A stretch of DNA of 64,000 bases from Planctomycetota bacterium (GTDB lineage: Bacteria; Planctomycetota; UBA1135; UBA2386), in assembly GCA_965228735.1 (NCBI GenBank), contig OZ245838.1, positions 5,792,001 through 5,856,000 of the forward strand. The letters run 5' to 3'. Of the stretch, positions 39,620-49,698 are shown in pieces (position 1 is the stretch's first letter; the number at the start of each line of letters is the position of its first letter). The notes under the pieces are model-generated. The model did not search any database, was not told where the DNA came from, and saw only the letters and a program-made list of their open reading frames with translations. Position numbers and translations under genes: made by a program.

Positions 39620-40866
39620 CGGCTGGGGTAGTTCTCTTTCACCCAGTCGCCCCAGCGCTGGTCGAACGTGAGGGTCGAGAGGTTGTAGGCGTCCTTGATC
39701 GCGTCGCGCGTGGCGCCGACGAGGTCGGTCTGGTCCGGGAACCAGTTCTCGTCGACGCGGCCCTTCACGGCGAAGACGAACTTCTTGAACTTCTCGGGCC
39801 CCTTGCTGATCAGGAAGTCCATGCGTGACCAGATCGCGCAGTGGTCGTCGAACTCGATCTGTCCGAAGTTGCGCCACTGGATGACCTCGGCGAACGGCTT
39901 GTAGTCCTTGCCGCCGGCCGCGACCATCCCGCGCACGTAGGGCGCCCAGTTCCACTTCGTGTTCTGCAGCGCCGCGCCGCCTTCCTGCTGGTCGAAGCTC
40001 GGCCAGCGCGGGCTCACGCGCCGGCTCCAGTAGTGTCCGAAGCCCTCGCGGATCCAGACCGGCAGGTCGTAGGTGTAGTAGCGGAAGCCGTCGAGCAGCA
40101 GCTGTGCGGTGTTGAAGATCACCGCCGCGTGCATCGCGGTGTCGTGCTTGAGGCGACCGTCGTCGCACTCCTCGGCGACGCACAACATCAGCGACCCGTT
40201 CTCCTTGAAGTGCCACCGCTGCGGGAACTTCGTGTTGCGGCCGATGAACGTGTTGAGGTAGAGCTCGTGCGTCGCGAGCTTCTCGAACATGAGGATGTTG
40301 TACTTGTCCTTCATGCCGAGGAACGGACCCATGCCCATGTAGATCGCGCCGGGTTGCCGGATGATCTTGTCGGCGGCCGCGGGGAAGTCCTCGTCCTTGA
40401 CGCCGAACAGCGCCTGGACCTCGGCGTAGTGCGTCTCGAGCCGATGCGCGAACAGGTGCGCGCGCAACCACGGGTCGAGTCGGCGCGTCTTCGGGTTGAT
40501 GCCCGGCAGCTTCTTCTTCAGCTCGGTGAGCTCGGCGCGGATCTTCTTGCGCGTCTTGGCGTCGGTCGGCACCGACCACTGCGGCAGCGCGCAGCCGATG
40601 CGGAAGTGCGCCGTCTCGATCCAGAGGATCTGCACGTACTGCAGCTTGTCCTCGATGTCGGTCGTCATCGTCGCGCGATCCGCGATGCCGCCGACCTGGA
40701 ACGGGCCGAACGAGACGTAGCCGGCCTTGTCGAGCGCCTTCTGCTCGTTCTTGGTGTACGGGTCGATCTTCCACTTGGGCGTCTTGTCGCGCTGCGCGGC
40801 GGCGGGCGTCGCCAGCAACGCCATCGAGAACGCGAGGAACGCCAGGATCGACGGTCGCAGAGTCAC
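39616..40866 (-). CDS. secreted protein with a degenerate peptidase MA/gluzincin-like region
   Basis: Signal peptide ending PAAAQ; LPVWIREGFGHY but no HExxH. Confidence 0.7.
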   Translation of the reverse strand: MTLRPSILAFLAFSMALLATPAAAQRDKTPKWKIDPYTKNEQKALDKAGYVSFGPFQVGGIADRATMTTDIEDKLQYVQILWIETAHFRIGCALPQWSVPTDAKTRKKIRAELTELKKKLPGINPKTRRLDPWLRAHLFAHRLETHYAEVQALFGVKDEDFPAAADKIIRQPGAIYMGMGPFLGMKDKYNILMFEKLATHELYLNTFIGRNTKFPQRWHFKENGSLMLCVAEECDDGRLKHDTAMHAAVIFNTAQLLLDGFRYYTYDLPVWIREGFGHYWSRRVSPRWPSFDQQEGGAALQNTKWNWAPYVRGMVAAGGKDYKPFAEVIQWRNFGQIEFDDHCAIWSRMDFLISKGPEKFKKFVFAVKGRVDENWFPDQTDLVGATRDAIKDAYNLSTLTFDQRWGDWVKENYPSR

Positions 40867-40874
40867 AGCACGTC

Positions 40875-41768
40875 TCACAGTTTGCCCTTCCACTTCTTCG
40901 CTTCGTTGATGACCTGGAACACGCTGAGTTTCTCGAGCGGCTTCTCGCCGTGGATCACGCGCAGCGCGTTCACGGCCTCCTTCTTGACCGCGTGCTGACT
41001 CGCGTCGAGGTAACCCTTGAGGATCATGTGGTGATTCTCGTTCGCGAGGTAGCGCGCGAGCCGCAGGCCGGCCATTTGATCCGCCGCGGAACGCTTCGCG
41101 ATCAGCTCGAACACGACGTTGCCGCTCGCCGGCGAACGGATCGGGGTGAGCGACGTCGCGACGAGGTCGCCGACCTGTTCCCAGTGCGTCTTGCTGTACT
41201 CGAGCACCGACTCGACCTGCGTGAGGTCGCCGAGTGCGAGCGCGCCGAGCGCGCCGTAGAACGCGATCTCCGGCTCCTTGTCCTTCTTGGCTGCGGTCTG
41301 CAGCACGGTGAGCAGGCTGCGATCGCGGAACTCGCACAGCCGCCGGACGACGTAGCGCCGCAGCTCGACGCTCGGCTTCTTCAGCTCGCGCGCGAGCAGC
41401 GCCGAGTGCCGCGCGTCGACGATCTCGTCGAGCACCGAGAACAGGTGCTCGTTGATGTTCTCCGCGCGGTCCGTCACGCGCTGCATCAGCCGCGGCGCAG
41501 CGCCTTCGCCGAGCTTGATCAGCACCGCCCGGGCGCCGTCGTGCAGCTCGGCCTTCGGCTTGCGAAACTGCTTCAGCGTCGCGGTCAGGCGGCGTGACTC
41601 GGCCGTCTTCAGCTCGGGCCACTCGGTGAGCTTCGGCGGCTCCTGGGCCTTGCCGTCGCCTTCGCCCTGGGCGCTGACGGGTGCGGTGGCGAACACCGTG
41701 AGCAGCGCCGCGAGTGCTCGGCAGCTGACTCCGGCGCGAACTCCGGTCCGAATCGACTTCGACGTCAT
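40875..41768 (-). CDS. secreted HEAT-repeat-like protein
   Basis: Signal peptide ending VSAQ; helical repeats such as VKKEAVNALRVI. Confidence 0.7.
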   Translation of the reverse strand: MTSKSIRTGVRAGVSCRALAALLTVFATAPVSAQGEGDGKAQEPPKLTEWPELKTAESRRLTATLKQFRKPKAELHDGARAVLIKLGEGAAPRLMQRVTDRAENINEHLFSVLDEIVDARHSALLARELKKPSVELRRYVVRRLCEFRDRSLLTVLQTAAKKDKEPEIAFYGALGALALGDLTQVESVLEYSKTHWEQVGDLVATSLTPIRSPASGNVVFELIAKRSAADQMAGLRLARYLANENHHMILKGYLDASQHAVKKEAVNALRVIHGEKPLEKLSVFQVINEAKKWKGKL

Positions 41769-41770
41769 GG

Positions 41771-42529
41771 TCACTGTCCTTGTTCCTTGGCTGGCCGCGG
41801 CCGCTCGCACCACGTCGGCAGCGCATCGCGAAAGTCCGGGTGCACGTAGGTCACCTTGTCCTTGATGCGCGCCTTCTCGGCCGCGTGCCATTCGTTCCAC
41901 GCGCCGACGGTGTGATGGAAGAAGCCGACCTGCGTGGCTTCGACGAGGTCTTCGCCGGCGACCGGCACCTCGGTGTACTCGTGGGTCGCGGCCAGCACGA
42001 ACCCGCGCGGCACGGCCAGCGGCTTGCTGACGCTGCCTTCGTTCATGCGATTGAACAGGTGGGCGGCGACCGGGATCGCGGGCTGCAGGCGCGTGTACTT
42101 CCGGCGTTCCTGCACCTCGAGGTTGCCGCCCTGCTGGGCCTGTTCGAGCTCGTAGACGTTGGTCAGCACCCCGCTGGCTTCGGTCGCCTCCCGAAGCAGC
42201 TGCGCGCGCTCCTCGGGAAACGCGCGTTCCGCGAGCCGCAGCGGGATCACGTGCTGCTCGAGCACGGCCTGCACGATCGTCTTCCTCCCCGCCATCGGAT
42301 ACGCGATGCGCAAGAAGTCGGCCCACTCGTCGACCTCGGCGAACGTGAACTCCATGCCGTCGAGGCGCAGGACGACGTCGGTCGGCTTCGGCCCGCTCGG
42401 GCCGGGCGCCGGCTTGCTGCCGCCGCACCCGGGGATCGGCAGCAGCGGCAGCGCGGCGAGGACCGCGAGCACGAGGAGCGGCACGCCGAAGCGGATGGTC
42501 GGCAGGCGGTCGGTCGATCGATCAGGCAT
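41771..42529 (-). CDS. lipoprotein, possibly degenerate parvulin/foldase-like
   Basis: IPGC; VVLRLDG..FT..EV and GSVSKPLAVPRGFVL resemble PrsA/SurA segments. Confidence 0.55.
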   Translation of the reverse strand: MPDRSTDRLPTIRFGVPLLVLAVLAALPLLPIPGCGGSKPAPGPSGPKPTDVVLRLDGMEFTFAEVDEWADFLRIAYPMAGRKTIVQAVLEQHVIPLRLAERAFPEERAQLLREATEASGVLTNVYELEQAQQGGNLEVQERRKYTRLQPAIPVAAHLFNRMNEGSVSKPLAVPRGFVLAATHEYTEVPVAGEDLVEATQVGFFHHTVGAWNEWHAAEKARIKDKVTYVHPDFRDALPTWCERPRPAKEQGQ

Positions 42530-43217
42530 CGTTCGCGGGCGAATCGAGCCGGGCCAGGAACTTGCAGACCGGGCCCGTCAGGAAGCGATAGGTGGCGTAG
42601 AGGTTGTCAGCGAGGCGCGGCAACTCGGGGATCTGGGTCGCGCCGGCGAAGCTGCCGGTGTTCTCGATCCAGACCGAGCGGGGGTCCTGGGGCCACGACT
42701 CTACGCGCACATGATAGGTCTCCTGGCCGCCGTCGTGGGGCGGAAAGACGAATCGGGCGCCGAGCGACTGCAGCGGCCGGCCGATCGCCTCCCACGAGTC
42801 GGGCGGTGGCGCGAGCAGGCGCTGCTGCAGGAACGACCCGCCGTCCTTGAAGTGCCGGGGTTGGATCAGGGAGCGCACGATGATCTGCTGCGCGACGGTG
42901 GCCTGGATGCCGAGGGTCGAGAACGCGGTCTTGCTCACGTTCACGAGCCGCGTCGCGAACGATTCGACGGTCGTCGCGCGCAGCTCTTCCCGCAGCACGA
43001 GCCGGTCCGGACCGAACGTTGCCATCGAGATCTGGCCCGGTGCCTGCGGCATGTTCGACAGGTGGATGCCGTCGGGTGCGATCTGGAAATTCTGGTAGGC
43101 GAGCTCCGGCTGCCGGAACAGGGAGTTGTGGACGGTCTGCAGCAGGTCCGCCCGCAGCTGCTGCGGCGGGTAGAGGACTTCGGCGCAGAACGCGATGCTG
43201 CGAGGGTCGTAGGTCAT
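42522..43217 (-). CDS. hypothetical protein, TIGR04255-like
   Basis: Protein-like composition; overlaps the next gene; family recall is weak. Confidence 0.55.
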   Translation of the reverse strand: MTYDPRSIAFCAEVLYPPQQLRADLLQTVHNSLFRQPELAYQNFQIAPDGIHLSNMPQAPGQISMATFGPDRLVLREELRATTVESFATRLVNVSKTAFSTLGIQATVAQQIIVRSLIQPRHFKDGGSFLQQRLLAPPPDSWEAIGRPLQSLGARFVFPPHDGGQETYHVRVESWPQDPRSVWIENTGSFAGATQIPELPRLADNLYATYRFLTGPVCKFLARLDSPANDA

Positions 43218-43447
43218 TGCGGGAGCTCGTGATGATGGGGGCGCCGGGCCGACCGGAGCTGCGCCCCGAGGGGGGCTCGGGGCGCGATCGGGCGGTGTGG
43301 CCGGAGGTTGCTTTCCGAAGGTCGCAATCTGGGGCAACGAATCGGGAGGAATATCCCCGGGGCCTCGTTTCAGTGGGCCGCTGGGATACTCTCCCTGGCC
43401 GCGCTTTCCAGCCGAATCAGCTTCCCCTTCTACTCGTGAATCCGAAG

Positions 43448-45043
43448 ATGAATCCCGTTTTCGCCCTGTCTGCCGGCCTGTTGCTCGGCACCATCGCCGT
43501 CGCGCAGGACTCCGACGCCATCAAGTCGCTCCGGCGCGAGGTCAACAGCCTGCAGGAGCAGCTGATCGAGGAGCGCGCCAAGCTCCTGACCAATGTGAAG
43601 GTCAACGGCGTCGCCCTCGACCCCAAGGACGTGATGCGCGAGGCGGTCTACCTCACGGGCGGCAAGCTCGTCGAGGCCAAGGTCGCCGACTTCTTCATCC
43701 TCGAGGAGATGGCCAAGCAGATCGATTCGGGCCGCCGTCAGCCGGAGGAGTTCCTCGTCAAGGACGAGGATGTGATGGAGCAGCTCGCGCCGATGAAGGC
43801 CGAGTTCGAGACCAAGAATCCCGGCGTCGATTTCTGGACGGTCGTGCGTTCCCAGTTCGGCCTCAACAAGGAGACGTTCCTCGAGCAGCGCAAGCAGTCG
43901 ATCCTGTTCGACCGCGTGTTCTTCCCGGGCTCGCCGAGCAACTGGCCGGACATCACCAAGGAAGCGATCAAGTCGCAGACGCAGAGTGATCAGGGTCCGA
44001 AGTTCATCGAGCAGCTCGAGAAGGCGACCGAGGGCACCGACGAGAACGGCAACCCGAAGAAGCTGCCCGAGTTCTGGGTCAACATGATGCGCCAGTTCGT
44101 GCAGAAGGGTCTGCGCAACTGGAGTGACATCCAGTACGCGTCGCACGGCCTGCCGGCCGAGACCGTCCTGCGCGTCAACGACTTCGAGTGGTCGACCGAG
44201 CAGGCCTTCGAGTTCGTCAAGAAGGGCATGTTCGTGCAGGACCTCGAGCGCGCGATCCAGGAGGTCGCGGTGCGCGAGGCGCTGCGGCAGGAGCTCGTCG
44301 ACAAGGGCGCCTACGTCAGCGACGAGGAGTTCCACAACCGCTACGAGGAATACCGGCAGCCCTACGACACGACGCCGTTCACCGTCGAGGTCATCGCGAC
44401 GCGCTTCAAGGGCTACCCGTGCCTCGAGGCGTTCCGCTCGCGCTGGCGCCTGATCACGTCGTTCTCGGACATGATCAAGGACGAGATGACGACGGAGAAC
44501 CTGCAGGCGCACGCCGACAAGCACGCAGCGTTCTTCGCGGACGGCCAGGTCAGCATCGACATCATCCCGTTCCAGGCCCGCGACCCGAAGACGGGGGCCT
44601 GGCAGCCCAACGGCATGGCCGAGGCCAAGAAGCGCGCCCAGGTGGTCTTCGATCAGCTCGCGAGCAAGGAACTGAAGTTCGACGAAGCGATCGACAAGCA
44701 CGGCGAGTTCTTCAGCAACGACGAGAAGCGCGGCCGCCTCGGCTTCCTGCCGCTCAACCAACTCAAGCAGCAGCTCCGCGAGAGCGAATACACCCAGCTG
44801 CTCGACGGCTTCTCCGCGAGCTACTACCTGTTCTTCGACGCCGAGGCCGGCAAGACGCACGGTCCGATCCAGGGCGCCGACGGCTACTTCATCGCGCGCG
44901 TCAACTCGCGCACGCCGCCGCGCCGCAAGGTCAACGTCGAGAGCGAGAAGGAGCGCGAGCTCGTGACCGAGGACTACATCAACCACCGGTTCTTCCAGTG
45001 GGCGGCCGAGGTCATCGGCAAGGCTCAGTTCGGCAACCAGTAG
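43448..45043 (+). CDS. secreted SurA/parvulin-like foldase
   Basis: Signal peptide ending AVAQ; two VKVNG/LRVND...V.DE repeats; FDEAIDKHG..KRGRLGF..GPIQGADGYFI. Confidence 0.7.
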   Translation: MNPVFALSAGLLLGTIAVAQDSDAIKSLRREVNSLQEQLIEERAKLLTNVKVNGVALDPKDVMREAVYLTGGKLVEAKVADFFILEEMAKQIDSGRRQPEEFLVKDEDVMEQLAPMKAEFETKNPGVDFWTVVRSQFGLNKETFLEQRKQSILFDRVFFPGSPSNWPDITKEAIKSQTQSDQGPKFIEQLEKATEGTDENGNPKKLPEFWVNMMRQFVQKGLRNWSDIQYASHGLPAETVLRVNDFEWSTEQAFEFVKKGMFVQDLERAIQEVAVREALRQELVDKGAYVSDEEFHNRYEEYRQPYDTTPFTVEVIATRFKGYPCLEAFRSRWRLITSFSDMIKDEMTTENLQAHADKHAAFFADGQVSIDIIPFQARDPKTGAWQPNGMAEAKKRAQVVFDQLASKELKFDEAIDKHGEFFSNDEKRGRLGFLPLNQLKQQLRESEYTQLLDGFSASYYLFFDAEAGKTHGPIQGADGYFIARVNSRTPPRRKVNVESEKERELVTEDYINHRFFQWAAEVIGKAQFGNQ

Positions 45044-45100
45044 TTGGTAGCCAGTAGAGCTCGCGCCAGCGAGCCGGCGGCCGTTACGGAGTCGCCGGAC

Positions 45101-45143
45101 CCAGGACCCCGCCCAGCGATTCCATCGCGCGGCGGGGTCCTGG
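45101..45143. terminator. 13-bp GC-rich hairpin after the foldase gene
   Basis: ccaggaccccgcc / ggcggggtcctgg; no U-tract, so termination is unproven. Confidence 0.4.
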
Positions 45144-45159
45144 CGTTAGGATGCGCCGC

Positions 45160-47088
45160 GTGACAGGTCAGGCAGGCGGTGGCGGCGCAGGGCGCCCGGA
45201 CGACGGCAGCGTGCGAGCGCTGCTGTCGCGGCTCTGGCAGGCGATCCTCACGCACCGCGCGATGGTCGCCGGCATGGTGGCGTTCGCCGTTCTCGAGACG
45301 ATCTTCACCAAGTTCCCGCTCGTGCTCATCAAGCCGTTGATGGGCGAGCTGGCGAGCGGTGGCGAGCAGCCGGCGAAGCTGATCCCGGACCCGTGGCTCT
45401 CGCCGCTCCTCCCCGGGTCGGATAAGGACCTGACCGAACAGGTCACGGACGACTTCAACGCGTGGTTCCGCGACTTCGCGCAGGACTTCGTGCAGTTCTT
45501 CGGCGTCGGCTTCGAGAGCGAGAGCATGAACGTCGTCATCGCGTGCGGCCTCGTCGCGATGATCTGCGGCGTGTTCGGCGCCGTGACGATCTACTTCGTG
45601 CAGACGATCTCGCGGTTCTTCGCCGTGCGCGTGATCGCCGGCTTGCGGATCGAGCTCGCGGATCACTTCCTGCGGTTGCCGCTGCGGTTCTACGGTCGGC
45701 AGCGCATGGGCGAGATGATCAGCAAGGTCACGAACGACACGCAGGTCATGCAGCGCTCGTTCGAGCTCGCGGCCGATCACATCGTCGTCGACCCGCTCAT
45801 GATCGCCGGCAACTTCGCGATCCTCGCCTACTTCGTGCCGCAGGCCATCTGGGTGCTGCTGATCATGGTCCCGCTGATGGCGATCCCGATGTATCGCCAG
45901 GGCCGCAAGGTGCAGAAGCGCAGCAGCAAGAGCCTCGCGGCGATGGGGGAGGCGACCGAATCGCTGAATCAGATCCTGACCGGCATCCGCACCGTCAAGG
46001 CGTTCCAGCTCGAGGATCAGCGGCTGGGCGACTACGAACGCAACACCGCGACGTTCCTGGAGCGAACGCGCCGCATGCTGCGGGCGAAGGGACGGTCGAT
46101 CGCGCAGACGTTCGTCGGCTACCAGATCGGGTTCGCGGTCCTGCTCGGCCTGCTCGGTTACGTCGTGCTCGTCGATCGCAGCATCGACTTCACCGACATC
46201 GGCGTCGCGCTCGTGCCGCTGTCCACGACGTATCAGCACGTCAAGCGCATGACGCGGTCGTACCACGTGCTCATGGAGTCGGCCGGCGCGCTGCAGGGCA
46301 TCGAAGCGATCCTGCAGTCCGAGCGGGACGTCAACCAGCACGGCGGCAAGCCGATCGACACTGTGCGCGGGCGCGTCGAGCTCGAGGACGTGTGGTTCGG
46401 CTATGGCGACGAATCGGTGCTGCGCGGCGTGTCGCTCGCGGTCGAGGCGGGGCAGACCGTCGCGTTCGTCGGCCCGTCCGGTGCCGGCAAGTCGACGCTC
46501 ATGGATCTCCTCATGCGGTTCCACGACCCGAGCCGCGGCGTCGTGCGCATCGACGGGATGGACCTGCGCGAGGTCCGGCTCGCGGATTTCCGTGCGCAGA
46601 CCGCGGTCGTGAGCCAGCAGCCGTTCCTGTTCAACACGACGATCCGCGAGAACATCGCGTGCGGTCGCCCCGGCGCGAGCCAGAGCGAGATCGAGGACGC
46701 CGCGCGTGCGGCCAACATCCACGAGTTCATCGCGGGCCTGCCCGGGGGCTACGACACCCAGGCCGGCGAACGCGGCAGCAACCTCAGCGGCGGTCAGATG
46801 CAACGGATCACGATCGCGCGCGCGATCCTGCGCGATCCCGCGATCCTGTTCCTCGACGAGGCGACGTCGGCGCTCGACTCCGAGAGCGAAGAACTCGTGC
46901 AGCGCGCGCTCGACGGCCTGCGTCGGGGCCGCACGTCGTTCGTGATCGCCCACCGGCTGTCCTCGATCGTCGACGCCGATGTCATCGTCGTGCTCGACCG
47001 GGGCAAGGTCGTCGAGTCCGGCTCGCACCAGGAGCTCCTCGCCCGCGAAGGCGCCTACAAGCGCATGCACGACCTGCAGACGGCCTGA
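45160..47088 (+). CDS. MsbA-like ABC transporter (TMD + NBD)
   Basis: TM domain; GPSGAGKST, LSGGQMQR, FLDEATSALD, IAHRLS. GTG start 7 nt after TAGGAT (ATG 45151 is an alternative). Confidence 0.93.
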   Translation: MTGQAGGGGAGRPDDGSVRALLSRLWQAILTHRAMVAGMVAFAVLETIFTKFPLVLIKPLMGELASGGEQPAKLIPDPWLSPLLPGSDKDLTEQVTDDFNAWFRDFAQDFVQFFGVGFESESMNVVIACGLVAMICGVFGAVTIYFVQTISRFFAVRVIAGLRIELADHFLRLPLRFYGRQRMGEMISKVTNDTQVMQRSFELAADHIVVDPLMIAGNFAILAYFVPQAIWVLLIMVPLMAIPMYRQGRKVQKRSSKSLAAMGEATESLNQILTGIRTVKAFQLEDQRLGDYERNTATFLERTRRMLRAKGRSIAQTFVGYQIGFAVLLGLLGYVVLVDRSIDFTDIGVALVPLSTTYQHVKRMTRSYHVLMESAGALQGIEAILQSERDVNQHGGKPIDTVRGRVELEDVWFGYGDESVLRGVSLAVEAGQTVAFVGPSGAGKSTLMDLLMRFHDPSRGVVRIDGMDLREVRLADFRAQTAVVSQQPFLFNTTIRENIACGRPGASQSEIEDAARAANIHEFIAGLPGGYDTQAGERGSNLSGGQMQRITIARAILRDPAILFLDEATSALDSESEELVQRALDGLRRGRTSFVIAHRLSSIVDADVIVVLDRGKVVESGSHQELLAREGAYKRMHDLQTA

Positions 47089-47090
47089 GG

Positions 47091-48494
47091 ATGCCGAACT
47101 CGGTATCCTCGCCCGTCATGTCGAACGTGCGCACGCCGGGGGTCGCCCTGTTGATCTCGTTGCTCGTCGGAACGGTCGGGCTGCGGGCCCAGGAATCGAC
47201 GCCGGGGCACCTGGAGCAACGTCTGGCCGGGCTCGCGATGTCCTACACGGACTGGGTGTTGCTGCGTGACATCTGCGACAAGGCCGCGCGCGACCGCGAA
47301 GCCGCGCTGCCGATCGTGACCCGGGCGGTCGCGACGGCGCGCGAGAGCGGGGACCCGCGGTACCACGTCCGCGTCCTCGGCGTGCTCGCGCGCATCGACG
47401 ACGCCGGTCTAGAGCAGCTGCGGGCGATCATCGCCGGCGACCAGGTCGGGACGGCAGCCGTGGCGGCGCGGGTCCTCGGGCGGTGCGGTCGCGCGGATGC
47501 GGCGCTGGGGCTGTCGCTGCGCGAGGCTCTCGAGGCCGAGCAGCGCCCGTGGGTGGCATCCGCGATCGCGCTCGCCGCTGCCGACGCGGGTGCGACGAGC
47601 GTGGCGCCCGCGATCCAGGCCCGTCTGCGCGCAGGCGACCTGCCGAAGGAGGTCGCGCTGTGGTTCGCGAGCGCGCTCGCCATCGTGCGCAAACCCCCGC
47701 TTCGAACGATCGACGGCTGGCTCCGTTCGGACTCGGCGCTCGCGGATGCCGGCGTTCTCGCCACGCGCTGGCACGGTCGCCAGCGTCGGTTCGAGGAGCT
47801 GTTGCTCGATCGAATGGCGACGGTCGAGGGCGACGCACGGGATTGGGTCGCGCAGTCGTTGGGCGTGTGTGGCGGCGAGTCGGCGAAGCGCGTGCTGCGC
47901 GAGAGCTACATCGCGGACTCGGAGAGCGACGGCGGGGCGGTCATCGTGTCGAGCAACGTCGATGCGCGCCTGCTCGCGCTGGCGAGGCTCGGCGAGCCGG
48001 TGGCGCGGAGGTGGTTGGCCAAGGCGGTCGAAGGCGACTTCCGATCGGCCACCGCGAGCCCGTCGTTCGAGCTCCTCACGCCCGAGACGGCGCGGCTCGC
48101 GGAGCTCTACGGCAAGTGGCGTTGCCCGGGCTCGACCGCGGCGTTGGCGGCCCGCCTCGCCGGGGCCCGCGGCCACGCAACGTCGCGGGCGTACGCCGCG
48201 CGTGGACTCTGCTGGCAGCGTGACGTTCGCGGGCTGTCGGCCTCGGCGGATCTGCTCGTCACACCGAAGCTCTCGACCCTCGAGCGCGGCTTGGGAATGG
48301 CGCTGACCAAAGCCCAGGCGAACCTGCACGAGTTCGTCGCCAACGCCGACCGGCCGGACTACGTCGTCGTCGATGACGACGAAGCGGCGGCCGCGAAGGT
48401 CGGTCGCGCCTGGCGGACCTGGCTCGAAGAGAACGCGGACGCGATCGAATGGCGCGAACCGTTGCCTGGCGACGACCTCATCGTCTGGCGCTGA
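47091..48494 (+). CDS. secreted HEAT-repeat-like protein
   Basis: Signal peptide ending LRAQ; Ala/Leu-rich helical repeats. Confidence 0.65.
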   Translation: MPNSVSSPVMSNVRTPGVALLISLLVGTVGLRAQESTPGHLEQRLAGLAMSYTDWVLLRDICDKAARDREAALPIVTRAVATARESGDPRYHVRVLGVLARIDDAGLEQLRAIIAGDQVGTAAVAARVLGRCGRADAALGLSLREALEAEQRPWVASAIALAAADAGATSVAPAIQARLRAGDLPKEVALWFASALAIVRKPPLRTIDGWLRSDSALADAGVLATRWHGRQRRFEELLLDRMATVEGDARDWVAQSLGVCGGESAKRVLRESYIADSESDGGAVIVSSNVDARLLALARLGEPVARRWLAKAVEGDFRSATASPSFELLTPETARLAELYGKWRCPGSTAALAARLAGARGHATSRAYAARGLCWQRDVRGLSASADLLVTPKLSTLERGLGMALTKAQANLHEFVANADRPDYVVVDDDEAAAAKVGRAWRTWLEENADAIEWREPLPGDDLIVWR

Positions 48495-48529
48495 CGCCGG
48501 CCCGGCGAGGAACCCCGCAAGCTGACGAC

Positions 48530-49228
48530 GTGGGCGCGATACTCCAACGATCGGAGCGACCGGCGAGCCCGGCCGAGCTCGCCGAGGCGCGGCGCCGGAT
48601 CTCCGGTGCGGGCAGCCTCGGGTGCGCGGCGCTGTTCTCCGTCGGCATCGTGACCGCGGGCGTGCATCTCGGTTCGCAGTGGAGCGAAGTCGGCGCCTGG
48701 ATCGTGGGGTCACTCGTCGCCGTGATCGTGACGTTCGCGCTCGTCGGCTCGGCCCGTTCCGCCGCGCGGCTCAACGCCCGCGTGCGCGCCGACGTGGCGG
48801 CCGGCAAGGTCGAACTCCTCGATCTCTTCGACGCCGAGCCGGTGAACGTGCAGCCCACACGTTCGGCCGTGTCGCCCGGCCTGCTGTTCGACCTCGACGG
48901 CGGCCGCTGTCTGGTCCTCGTCGGCCAGTGGCTGACGGCGCCCGAGACCTACGGCGGCAGCTACGTCGAACGGTCCGCCGATGCGGAGACGGACGGCGAG
49001 TCGGAGGCCTATCCCGTGAGTGCGCCCCCGTACGCGTTCCCGACGAGCGAGTTCACCGTGATTCGCCTGCCGCGGTCCGGTCAGGTGCTGCGCATCGAGC
49101 GCCGCGGCGAGTATCGCCGGCCCGGCCCGGCGCGGGAGCTCGACCTCACGCCGATCGGCGACATGCCGAGTCGGGTGATCGATTGCCCGGTGAGCGGGAT
49201 CGAGGAGCACCTGCGGCGCGTTCGCTGA
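48530..49228 (+). CDS. hypothetical protein with two N-terminal TM segments
   Basis: Two hydrophobic stretches, then a soluble domain. Confidence 0.6.
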   Translation: MGAILQRSERPASPAELAEARRRISGAGSLGCAALFSVGIVTAGVHLGSQWSEVGAWIVGSLVAVIVTFALVGSARSAARLNARVRADVAAGKVELLDLFDAEPVNVQPTRSAVSPGLLFDLDGGRCLVLVGQWLTAPETYGGSYVERSADAETDGESEAYPVSAPPYAFPTSEFTVIRLPRSGQVLRIERRGEYRRPGPARELDLTPIGDMPSRVIDCPVSGIEEHLRRVR

Positions 49229-49250
49229 ACCCGCAGAGAATGACGAGCCC

Positions 49251-49538
49251 ATGAGCCATCCCCGCCGGTCCCCCGCCGAGCTCTTCGCGCGCGGCAGCTC
49301 GTTCCGGATCTGCGCGGAGCTGCACGTGTGGCCGCCGCTCGCGACGATGAACGCGTTCCTGCAGTGCGAGGTCGACGACGTCGAGCCGGATGGCGAGCTG
49401 CGGTGGTCGGCGTTCGAGCTCGGGGATGTCGACTACGACGCGGCGGTCCGCGCGGTCGATCCGCGCGGCGTGATCGACGCGCTGGGTGTGCCGTCCGGAG
49501 ACTGGCGGGCGTGGTTCCTCGTCGCGGTCGGCCGCTAG
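49251..49538 (+). CDS. hypothetical protein
   Basis: 95-aa acidic ORF collinear with its neighbours. Confidence 0.5.
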   Translation: MSHPRRSPAELFARGSSFRICAELHVWPPLATMNAFLQCEVDDVEPDGELRWSAFELGDVDYDAAVRAVDPRGVIDALGVPSGDWRAWFLVAVGR

Positions 49539-49698
49539 CGTTCCGGTCGTGGCTCGCGCTGAGGCGCTCGTCCGCGGGGTGGGCCGAGGCTCTCCCGGGG
49601 GCCCGCAGGGTTACCTCGCCGGCTCGCTGGACTAACGCTCATGGACAATTCCGAAGGGGTGTCGTCCGGCTCGAGGTCGGGCGGCGCACGAGGTTCGA

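Noticed and set aside
43261..43285. 10-bp hairpin in the divergent intergenic region as an ncRNA or terminator
   Set aside because: An isolated GC stem without a U-tract or recognisable motif.
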